A DNA stretch of 34,957 nucleotides from sequence record SRR16203515_7935; one strand, 5' to 3'. A program made the translations under genes and the position numbers. A model generated the notes under the pieces. The model worked only from the letters and a program-made list of their open reading frames with translations. It ran no database searches and was not told where the DNA came from. Below, piece after piece: positions 1-8,562 of this stretch (its first letter is position 1; each line of letters opens with the position of its first letter).

Positions 1-789
1 TTGGTTAAAGCCCCAATACGACAGATTCATTATCCACATGCCGCCAATAAGTACCGATAACCCCGGCAAGTCCATATAGTGAGGGTTGTCTTGAGATAAA
101 ATCATGTCGAATTTTTCAGGTAACTGATTGGTGAGGTCGATAAAGCCATGTAGCGGCCCGTTACCATCACTGATGAGATTTAGCGCGGTATACGATAAAA
201 ACAACCCGCCAAAAACCAATAGCACTACCTGAATAATGTCGGTTAGGGCTACCGCCTTTAACCCACCATACAAAGAATATGCGAGGGAAAAAGCGCCAAG
301 GAAAATCATGCCATAGATCATATCGACACCGGAGATGGTGTTAATGGCCAGCGCGCCAAGCCACAACACAGCGGTCAGGTTAACGAACACATAAACGCCT
401 AACCAAAATACCGCCATCACCTTTCTAACGCGGTGGTCGTAGCGTTGCTCTAAAAATTGCGGCATGGTGTAGATTTTGTGCTTTAAGAAGATGGGAAGGA
501 AAAACTTACCCACAATAATCAGCGTAATAGCGGCCATCCACTCATAGGAGGCAATAGCGAGCCCTATCTGATAGCCCGAACCCGACATTCCAATGATTTG
601 TTCAGCGGAGATATTGGCTGCAATTAATGACGCCCCTATCGCCCACCAAGGCAAACTTGAGCCAGCCAAGAAATAGTCATTGGTGTCTTTTTCATGCCCC
701 TGCTTCTCGCGTGATACCCACCAGGCTATGCCAATAAGCGCAACCACGTAAATCACAAACAACGTAATATCTAACGATGCTAAATTCAT
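1..789 (-). CDS. Sodium/sugar (galactose/glucose) symporter, SSS family, SglT-like; 5' part only, runs off the window edge
   Basis: Manual translation from ATG at 789: MNLASLDITLFVIYVVALIGIAWWVSREKQGHEKDTNDYFLAGSSLPWWAIGASLIAANISAEQIIGMSGSGY. The YFLAG..LPWW and IAANISAEQ.IGMSGSGY signatures match vSGLT-type transporters, and the gene sits next to galK. Absent from the ORF track because it has no stop inside the window. Confidence 0.9.
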   Translation of the reverse strand, partial: MNLASLDITLFVIYVVALIGIAWWVSREKQGHEKDTNDYFLAGSSLPWWAIGASLIAANISAEQIIGMSGSGYQIGLAIASYEWMAAITLIIVGKFFLPIFLKHKIYTMPQFLEQRYDHRVRKVMAVFWLGVYVFVNLTAVLWLGALAINTISGVDMIYGMIFLGAFSLAYSLYGGLKAVALTDIIQVVLLVFGGLFLSYTALNLISDGNGPLHGFIDLTNQLPEKFDMILSQDNPHYMDLPGLSVLIGGMWIMNLSYWGFNQ

Positions 790-971
790 AGTTCTTCCCA
801 AAATGTTTTATTTTTTATTCAGCTTCTGTGCGTGCAGGGTACACAGGTGATAGCCCATTTTTATTAGTATTTTTAATGAGTAACTGAAGTTACGCGTTAG
901 ACTTGCAGCGAAACCTTGACATTAGTAACACATTTTTTTTACTTTTTTTACGGCTTATTAGAAATTTACGC

Positions 972-1003
972 AAAAAAAAGCCACATGAAATAACATGTGG
1001 CTT
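972..1003 (-). terminator. Intrinsic terminator downstream of galTK
   Basis: Hairpin AAGCCACATG/CATGTGGCTT with an A-run on + (U-tract on the minus-strand transcript), about 55 bp past the galK stop. Confidence 0.7.
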
Positions 1004-1056
1004 AAAGACATCTTGGGCTGCACTAGCTAGCCTTGATGCATGGGAAAGTACTAGTG

Positions 1057-2196
1057 TTAGGCGAAGGCGCCTTGGGTGGCCGTGCATACGTATACGTCGG
1101 CGTGGTAACCCGTGGCATCATGGTATTTATCAGCCACCAGCTGTTTTACCGCTTCCACATTGTCGATAGGCACGAGCGCAACGACACAACCGCCAAAACC
1201 GCCACCTGTCATACGCACCCCGCCTGAGGTACCAATAAAGTCGTTGATGATTTCAACCAGAAAATCGATGGGCGCAACGGTAATTTCAAAATCATCACGC
1301 ATCGACACATGAGACTCGGCCATTGCCTTACTCACGGTTTCAATGTCACCCTTTTTCAATGCCTCGCTAGCCGCTAATGTGCGCGCATTCTCGGTAACAA
1401 TATGTTTTACTCGCTTATACACCACTTCTGGCATATCTGGCTTAGCGTTTTCTAACATGCTGGGGGTTGCGTCACGTAATGATGACACACCAAGAATAGC
1501 CGCCCCTTGTTCACACTGTTCTCTGCGTAGATTATATTCGCTGTCTACCAAGCCACGCTTCACATTTGAATTAATGATCACTATCTGATGAGAAGACGGC
1601 AAAGGAGAGTGCTCAATGGCAAGAGACTGACAGTCAAGTAACATGGCGTTACCCGTCTTCCCCATGGCGGAGATAAGCTGATCCATGATGCCGCACGAGC
1701 AGCCCACAAAAGTATTCTCGGCTTTTTGGCCTAATAACGCGGCTTGTACACCATCAAGGGGCAATTCATATAACGCACTTAACGCTTTAAGCAAGGCAAC
1801 TTCAAACGACGCGGATGAACTTAGCCCCGCGCCCTGTGGCACATTACCGGTAACCAATAAGTTAGCCCCGCCCACATTTGGCATGGCATCTTTCAATACT
1901 TTAACGACGCCGCGCACATAATTGGCCCAGCCTTGTATTTCATCATACTCAATAACATTAAGGGAAAACTGGTTAACCTGATCACCATAGTCCATGGCGG
2001 TAATCGTTATGCTATCGTCATCTCGCTTAGATGCTGCGACCCAGGTACCAAAGTTAATGGCAGCGGGGAAAACAAAGCCGCCATTGTAGTCGGTATGCTC
2101 ACCGATAAGGTTTACACGCCCGGGGGCGTGCGCAACTAACGCGGGCGAATGAGCGTAATGACGGGAAAATTCGGTTGTAAGCGCGTGCTTATCCAT
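1057..2196 (-). CDS. galK: Galactokinase
   Basis: Motifs [30 protein letters not shown] and RMTGGGFGG. Start reassigned to ATG 2196 (MDKHAL), which overlaps the galT stop. Confidence 0.96.
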   Translation of the reverse strand: MDKHALTTEFSRHYAHSPALVAHAPGRVNLIGEHTDYNGGFVFPAAINFGTWVAASKRDDDSITITAMDYGDQVNQFSLNVIEYDEIQGWANYVRGVVKVLKDAMPNVGGANLLVTGNVPQGAGLSSSASFEVALLKALSALYELPLDGVQAALLGQKAENTFVGCSCGIMDQLISAMGKTGNAMLLDCQSLAIEHSPLPSSHQIVIINSNVKRGLVDSEYNLRREQCEQGAAILGVSSLRDATPSMLENAKPDMPEVVYKRVKHIVTENARTLAASEALKKGDIETVSKAMAESHVSMRDDFEITVAPIDFLVEIINDFIGTSGGVRMTGGGFGGCVVALVPIDNVEAVKQLVADKYHDATGYHADVYVCTATQGAFA

Positions 2197-3244
2197 GGTT
2201 ACTCTCGCGTTTCTTATAGTGCTCAACAGGTAACGCGATTAATCGCTCGGCAGCCTGTTCAGGTGTTAAATCTCGTTGCGCCTCCGCCATCATTTCGTAG
2301 CCCACCATAAATTTACGAACGCTTGCCGAGCGCAGCAAAGGTGGAAAGAAATGGGCATGAAGCGTCCACTCAGGGTGTAATTCGTTATCAAAAGGCGCGC
2401 TATGCCAGCCCATCGAATATGGAAATGAGGTTTCGAATAAATTGTCGTAGCGGGTAGTAATTTCACCAATGATCTTGGCTAACGACACGGCTTGTTGCTC
2501 GCTAATTTTGGCAAGAGACTGCACATTGAAACGGGGCAATAGTAGAGTTTCAAAAGGCCAGGCAGCCCAATAAGGGACCACAACCACCCAATCTTCGTTT
2601 TGACATACCACACGCTCTTGCTTATCTATCTCTTGTTGCGCGTAGTCAAGCAATAAGGGACGCTGATGTTGGCTAAAATATTCGTTGAGTTGTACTAACT
2701 TCTTCGCTGGATCAGAAGGTAAATGCTGCTGTGCCCAGACTTGTCCATGGGGATGGGGGTTAGAACAGCCCATCATGGCGCCCTTATTTTCAAAGACTTG
2801 CACCCAGGTGTAATGCTCACCTAACTCAGCGGTTTGTGCCTTCCAACAATCAACCACGTCTTTACGTTCGTTATCGTTTAACTCAGGAAGGGTTTTGCTA
2901 TGATCTGGTGAAAAGCAAATAACGCGACTACACCCCTGCTCAGTTTCAAACTGAAATAAGCCTGATTTTTCGCTTGTTTCTTCGGTGTCTTTTTTTAACG
3001 CAGCAAAGTCGTTTTCAAATACAAAGGTACCGCCATAGGAGGGATTAACCTCGCCGTTCACCCGGGTATTACCTGGGCATAAATAACATGAAGGATCGTA
3101 ACTCGGTTTTTGATCGTTAGCAGGTTCGTCAGATTGCCCTTGCCATGGACGCTTTCCTCGATGGGGAGAGACAAGCACCCATTCCCCTAATAGGGGGTTA
3201 TAGCGGCGATGTGGATCATTGGTTGGATCAAAGGGCGTTCCCAT
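2189..3244 (-). CDS. galT: Galactose-1-phosphate uridylyltransferase
   Basis: Motifs [24 protein letters not shown] and [18 protein letters not shown] (HPH nucleophile). Likely start is ATG 3244. Confidence 0.96.
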   Translation of the reverse strand: MGTPFDPTNDPHRRYNPLLGEWVLVSPHRGKRPWQGQSDEPANDQKPSYDPSCYLCPGNTRVNGEVNPSYGGTFVFENDFAALKKDTEETSEKSGLFQFETEQGCSRVICFSPDHSKTLPELNDNERKDVVDCWKAQTAELGEHYTWVQVFENKGAMMGCSNPHPHGQVWAQQHLPSDPAKKLVQLNEYFSQHQRPLLLDYAQQEIDKQERVVCQNEDWVVVVPYWAAWPFETLLLPRFNVQSLAKISEQQAVSLAKIIGEITTRYDNLFETSFPYSMGWHSAPFDNELHPEWTLHAHFFPPLLRSASVRKFMVGYEMMAEAQRDLTPEQAAERLIALPVEHYKKRESNHG

Positions 3245-3294
3245 AGTCACTCTCACTCATATCAAGAGAAAAGCAGTGGCTCTTCTCACAAAAG

Positions 3295-3341
3295 GTTAAA
3301 CGTTTACCCTAAATAGTATAGTAAGGCTCAATGTTTTTCAA
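3295..3341 (-). promoter_or_regulatory. Sigma70 promoter of galTK with a LacI/GalR-type operator
   Basis: On the minus strand: TTGAAA (3341-3336), 17 bp, TACTAT (3318-3313), followed by GGTAAACGTTTAAC containing the perfect palindrome TAAACGTTTA (3297-3306), typical of LacI-family operators. Confidence 0.65.
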
Positions 3342-3408
3342 TTGTGTTAGAAAGAAAAATAAATGTTAATAACTTGGTTCAGCCCTTTACTGCCATTTAT
3401 GCTGACGA

Positions 3409-4425
3409 TTACTCAGCGCTAAATTGATACCTGATGAAGGCATCAAAAGGCTGCTGCGGGGTAATAATACAACTTGGGAAATGGGCTTGATTGGGGGAAT
3501 CAGGGAAATACTGCGGCTCTAGGCATAAAGCACCAAGCTGTTCTGAGGAGCGCAAATTCCCCGTGTAAAACTGAATACCCGGCAGGTTGGTAAATAATTT
3601 CATGGTTAAACCAGTATCTTCAGCATGTACCACAGCCTGTGCATCTTTGCTGTGACGATGGTTGAGTACATAGTTATGGTCGTAACCACCGACGCTCTCA
3701 AATAAGGGGGGAGATTTTTGCTGTTGCCGAGCGATTGCCGTGAGAGAGGTAAAATCGAAGGGCGTATTGGCCACCGCCACCATCTCTCCCGTAGGTAGTA
3801 GCGTAGCATCCGCATCGGTAACTTGGTTAGCCGCAATGCACACCTGGGTATTGGCTACATTCGCCTCTCGAGATAAGGTGAAGTAAGCATGTTGGGTAAG
3901 GCTTAGTGGGGTTGCTTTGTCAGTGGTTGCGTTAAACTGTAACGACAACTCGTTATCTTGATTTAAGGTGTATACCGCGTCCACATGCACGTTGCCGGGA
4001 AAGCCTCCTTCTCCATCGGCACTGTGCAAGCTAAAATGCACTGAGGCGCTGGTTGAAGTTGAGCTAACTTTGGCGTTCCACAGTTTCTTATGAAAGCCGG
4101 ATAAACCGCCGTGGAGATTGTGTTCGCCACCGTTTTTATCTAACTGATAATCAACGCCATTAAGTGAAAACGTTGCCTGACCAATACGGTTAGCATAGCG
4201 ACCGACAATGGCCCCACGATAGCTAGCGTCATCAATATAGTGTTGAAGCGTATCGAAGGTCTGCACACAGGCATGGGGTGCGCCGGATTTGTCAGGCACC
4301 TGAATGCTATGAATAATGCCACCGAAGTTTAATAGCCGTACTTCCATTCCATTATCGTTAGCTAATAAAAACTGGCTAACGGGCTTTCCTTCAAACTTAC
4401 CAAACTCAGATTCAACGACTCTCAT
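3409..4425 (-). CDS. galM: Aldose 1-epimerase (galactose mutarotase)
   Basis: Motifs GAIVGRYANRI, NLHGG, TQHAYF, YDHNY and CLEPQ; located in the gal cluster. Confidence 0.92.
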   Translation of the reverse strand: MRVVESEFGKFEGKPVSQFLLANDNGMEVRLLNFGGIIHSIQVPDKSGAPHACVQTFDTLQHYIDDASYRGAIVGRYANRIGQATFSLNGVDYQLDKNGGEHNLHGGLSGFHKKLWNAKVSSTSTSASVHFSLHSADGEGGFPGNVHVDAVYTLNQDNELSLQFNATTDKATPLSLTQHAYFTLSREANVANTQVCIAANQVTDADATLLPTGEMVAVANTPFDFTSLTAIARQQQKSPPLFESVGGYDHNYVLNHRHSKDAQAVVHAEDTGLTMKLFTNLPGIQFYTGNLRSSEQLGALCLEPQYFPDSPNQAHFPSCIITPQQPFDAFIRYQFSAE

Positions 4426-4699
4426 AACAATAAATTAACCTTCTGACTCATACTTCAATAGTACCACTGACTAAGCTCTACAGCCCTTATGACTAAAAGG
4501 GTATAGGTTTTCCTTGCTATTTACATCCTATAGTCACACAACAGACTTATCAATTTTTGTAAATATACTGTACGCTATGTGGCAATATTACGGCGCCACA
4601 CCCTTTATGTAGTGTGTGCGTGCAAGTTATTTTAAGGCTGGCTCGTTATACAAAACGCCTTACTATCTATTAACTATTAACACATGCTTTTCTAAACCC

Positions 4700-5701
4700 A
4701 TGGCAACGATTAAAGATATTGCACAAGCTGCTGGCGTATCACTGGCAACTGTTTCACGCGTAATAAATGATGGCCCTAAGGTGGGCAAAGATACCCGTAA
4801 ACGGGTAAAAAAAATTATGGAAGATATGGGCTATCGGCCTAATGCGAACGCGCGGGCATTGGTGACTAAGCGTAGCGCCTCGTTAGGGGTAGTATTAGCA
4901 GAGTTGCATGATCCTTTCTTTGCCATGTTGGCCCATGGCGTAGAAACGGTGACGCGGAAAAACAATGTACAAATTTTATTGAGTGCCGGCTCAATTGAGA
5001 AAGAAACCGAACTTCGTGCTATCGAAATCTTACTGGAACACCGGGTTGAAGCCATGGTGGTACATAGTAAGGCTTTGGATGATGACACGCTTATCGACTT
5101 TGCTCGTCAAATTCCCGGTTTTGTCTTAATCAATCGTTATATTCCCGAAATTGCGAACCGCTGTGTGTGGCTAGATAATGTAACTGGTGGGCGCTTAATG
5201 GCAGAATACGCCATTAATCAAGGCCATAAGAAATTCGCCGTGATCAGCAGCCAATATCGCATAGACGATCCTAACCATCGATTACAGGGCATACGGGAAG
5301 CCACCAAAGCCGCACAGATTGAACTGCCGGAAAGCATGATAGAGTATGGTGCCCCAGACCAGGAAGGCGGTGAGCTAGCGATGCAAAACCTGCTTGCTAC
5401 CGGCGCCAAGTTTACTGCTGTTTTAGCCTATAACGATGCTATGGCCTCGGGCGCGATGACCATGCTACAAGATCACAATATTGCGGTCCCCGAAGAGGTC
5501 TCTGTAGTGGGCTACGATGATGTATTACTGGCAAAGTATTGTCGCCCTAAGCTGACGACCTTACGTTATCCCATTGAAATGATGTCAGCAAAAGCGGCCG
5601 AACTGGCGCTTAAGTATGCTAGCGGTGTCAAACCCGAAGAAGGGTTAACCTTTAAATACACCCCTACTGTGGTTAAGCGCGACTCCTTAGTACGCCGATA
5701 A
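4700..5701 (+). CDS. galR: LacI-family repressor, GalR/GalS-like
   Basis: N-terminal HTH MATIKDIAQAAGVSLATVSRVIN, YRPNANARAL and a sugar-binding domain; divergent from galM. Start reassigned to ATG 4700. Confidence 0.85.
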   Translation: MATIKDIAQAAGVSLATVSRVINDGPKVGKDTRKRVKKIMEDMGYRPNANARALVTKRSASLGVVLAELHDPFFAMLAHGVETVTRKNNVQILLSAGSIEKETELRAIEILLEHRVEAMVVHSKALDDDTLIDFARQIPGFVLINRYIPEIANRCVWLDNVTGGRLMAEYAINQGHKKFAVISSQYRIDDPNHRLQGIREATKAAQIELPESMIEYGAPDQEGGELAMQNLLATGAKFTAVLAYNDAMASGAMTMLQDHNIAVPEEVSVVGYDDVLLAKYCRPKLTTLRYPIEMMSAKAAELALKYASGVKPEEGLTFKYTPTVVKRDSLVRR

Positions 5702-5792
5702 AAGCGTAAATGTGGCGCCGTTTAGAACGATGGGTGACGAGTATTTTTGCAAAAATTTCATTCGCCATCCCTCTTGACAATAAAGCTCCATT

Positions 5793-6058
5793 GATCGGTG
5801 CGTTCTAATCTTTATCCCCAACGTGCCTCGGGCCGCGATCTTTCAATAACTTACGATCAATTTGCAGGGCGATCTTAAAAAATCGCCTTACACCCCTTGA
5901 TTTACGCGCGCTAACGTGATCTGACCGAGTGGTCAGGTAAGATCCTAGCTAAACATCTAGCGTGAGCTTTCAAAGAGTTAATAACAAGTTGATCCACACT
6001 TTATCCACAGGCTGTGATCGCCGTGAATACTACTGATTTACTGGTAATGTGTGGATAA
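5793..6058. promoter_or_regulatory. GATC-rich DnaA-box/IHF-site cluster (DARS/datA-like candidate)
   Basis: Eight GATC sites (5793, 5837, 5855, 5871, 5918, 5941, 5991, 6016). DnaA boxes: TTATCCACA 6001-6009 and TGTGGATAA 6050-6058 (perfect), TGATCCACA 5990-5998 and TTATCCCCA 5812-5820 (1 mismatch). IHF-like sites: TTTCAATAACTTA 5841-5853 and TTTCAAAGAGTTA 5968-5980. Confidence 0.6.
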
Positions 6059-6896
6059 ATCGGCGGTACTCAGCTAACGCATAATCGGTGGTGAGGGTGG
6101 CGTTATGGGTGACCTTGGGGATCACTGAAATGGACTTCTGCTCACTCGCCGCTGAACGAAGAAGCTGCTCACTAATTGCTGGCGGGGTAATACTGTCTTT
6201 CTCTCCTACCAGCATCCAAAGCGGCCCATCATAATGACGTAAAATAGGGGAAATTTGCATAAGATGAACCTCAGGGTGAAGCTTCATACTGGTAAAAGAA
6301 TTAGAAAAGCCAGGCACCATATTAGCAATTAGGTCGGAAATGTTATTAAAGGCGCCATCTAGCACCAAGGCATCTATGGGTTTATTTGCCGCGACGTAGC
6401 TAGCGAAGTAACTACCAACCCCACGGCCATGCACTAGGGTGGGTAGACTATTATCAAAGGTAGTTGCGGCATAATCATAAATAGTGAGCGCATCATCCTT
6501 GATGGCGTTGATACTTAACTCAGCAGCTTTCTCACTGGCCCCTACCCCTTGATAATCCATCCATAATATATTGGCCGGTAATTTACCGAGTTGATGTATT
6601 ACACTGTTATTTTCGCTTACCGACATACGGTTATCGGGATAAAAAATAATATTCACTTTAGGGGAAGGGTAAGATACTGCGACGCCCCGTAAGGTGAGGT
6701 CTTGCCCATTAACGATTTCAACACGGGTGATGCCCGCAAAGGTTTCGTCTTTAGCAATAGCGCCGTGCAGTTTCGTTGTATCGAGTTGTTTATTTTGCTT
6801 GTCTTGATAAAAGAAGGCATTTGGCGTGACGTTGATGGCGCAACCATACAACCAAAAAATAGCGAGAAGCAGCGTAAGCCCCTGAGTGTGTTTCAT
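6030..6896 (-). CDS. Putative lipoprotein with an alpha/beta-hydrolase fold (nucleophile Ser apparently absent)
   Basis: Signal peptide with lipobox LYGC; motifs DYQGVGAS, LVHGRGVG, GEKD and VTHN. Start is probably MKHTQ at 6896. Confidence 0.7.
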   Translation of the reverse strand: MKHTQGLTLLLAIFWLYGCAINVTPNAFFYQDKQNKQLDTTKLHGAIAKDETFAGITRVEIVNGQDLTLRGVAVSYPSPKVNIIFYPDNRMSVSENNSVIHQLGKLPANILWMDYQGVGASEKAAELSINAIKDDALTIYDYAATTFDNSLPTLVHGRGVGSYFASYVAANKPIDALVLDGAFNNISDLIANMVPGFSNSFTSMKLHPEVHLMQISPILRHYDGPLWMLVGEKDSITPPAISEQLLRSAASEQKSISVIPKVTHNATLTTDYALAEYRRFIHTLPVNQ

Positions 6897-7025
6897 ATCT
6901 CTATCCTTGATCAATAAGCAACCATTAAAGCAAACTCGTGGGGCATAAACAAGCGAGTGCTATCGCATGCCACGGCCAAAGTTTAACCATGGCGAAGATA
7001 CTTTTATGCTGGTCTAGTATTGACG

Positions 7026-8366
7026 TTAAACGCTATCGATAACCCTACGGGCTTCATTGGCATCAAAGTCACGGTCGACTTTAAGATACACCGCTGACTA
7101 TTGACTGTTTAATGTTGCTTCTAATACCCCTGGGACACCCAACAATTGGGATTGTAGTTGCGCAGAGTTAGCGGCAATAAATTGTCCGCTCATGGTGACG
7201 CGCTTCACCCGGCTAACTTCCTTCAAACCACTTAACACATATAACCAAATCAATGTGCTAAGTGCACCGACCATATATGCCGTTTCTGGCGAGAATATAT
7301 CGGTTACCACCCCAGATAGCATGCCACCTAAGAACGCGCCAAAGAATTGAAAGCTGGCATAGATACCCATGGCTGTCCCTTTTTGGCCAGCCGGCGCTAT
7401 GCTTGATACTAACGCTGGAAAGTTCGCTTCAAGATAATTAAACCCGGTGAAAAACAACACCACAGCAGCCGTGGTTATCCACCAACTGTGATCTTTCAAG
7501 GCCAGTGCGAGAAATGAGACACCCATCAACATAGAGCCAAATAGTAAATATGACTTGGGTGTCCGGCCTCGTGCCATGCCCATCATAATAATTAGCCCTA
7601 CAATGGAGATCCCCAAAACAGGTAGGTAAATACTCCAGTGGCTGTCCAAGGTCATATCGAAATGTAATAGGGTAACTGGAAGTTGAACGAATAACAGGGT
7701 AATCAACATATGCAAAATAAGTACGCTGACATTCAAACGCCACAACTGGGAAGAAAATACTAACTGCGCTAATTGCCCTTTCTGCGGCAGTGTATCACCA
7801 CTGCTCACTTTCACGCCATCAGGCACAATCCATTTAACTAACGGCATACAGGCGATGGCCAAACAGCCGGTAATAGCAAAAATGCCGGCTAGCCCCCAAT
7901 TGTTAGCGATCAGCGGGCCGAGGATTACGGCAAGATAAAATGAAAAACCGATAGCAATACCGATAATAGCCAGCACTTTCGCCCGCTGACTTTCCCGGCT
8001 CACGTCCGTGGCTAACGCCATAATAGCGCCCGCAATAGCTCCTGCGCCTTGTAAAATACGCCCCACTATCATCCAGCCCATTGTATCGGCGTTAGCGGCA
8101 ATAAAACTGCCTATGGCGAACACACTGAGGCCTAATAAAATAACCGGCTTTCTGCCCCATCGGTCAGACATCATGCCCATTGGAATTTGCAAGGCGGCCT
8201 GAGTAAGGCCGTATCCGCCCACAGCGAGCCCAACCATGAGCGGCGAGTAATCGGGGTAGTCCATGGCTGCCACAGCTAATACAGGCATGACCATAAACAA
8301 GCCCAACATACGTAATACGTAAACCAATGCCAGCGCCAAAGCAGCGCGCAATTCCAAAGCGTTCAA
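7026..8366 (-). CDS. YajR-like MFS transporter; an in-frame TAG at 7098-7100 truncates the C-terminal soluble domain
   Basis: Motifs LRMLGLFMVMPV, GGYGLTQAALQIPMG.MSDRWGRKP, QGAGAI and FNYLEA. Likely start is TTG at 8366 after a GAGGA RBS. The reading frame continues past the TAG (SAVYLKVDRDFDANEARRVIDSV) to TAA at 7026. Confidence 0.8.
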
Positions 8367-8562
8367 ACCGACAGAGTCCTCTAATTCAAGATGGCCGCGA
8401 AGTGTAGCATAATATGGGCATCTACCCACGTTTCCAATAATCGATTAATCTAATCTTAAGATGATCTGTTCGATGCACAGCGAGTATAACTTCACAAGCA
8501 TTGCCATATCACTTTAGTTGACACCTATGGCATACTGGTTCTTTTTTCTCACTTAGGCTTCA

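Noticed and set aside
30-38. Perfect DnaA box TTATCCACA
   Set aside because: It is solitary and lies inside the symporter coding sequence, so it is probably coincidental.
5793-6058. Calling the DnaA/GATC cluster oriC
   Set aside because: No clear AT-rich unwinding element and none of the usual oriC-flanking genes are present. It is kept as a DARS/datA-like candidate instead.
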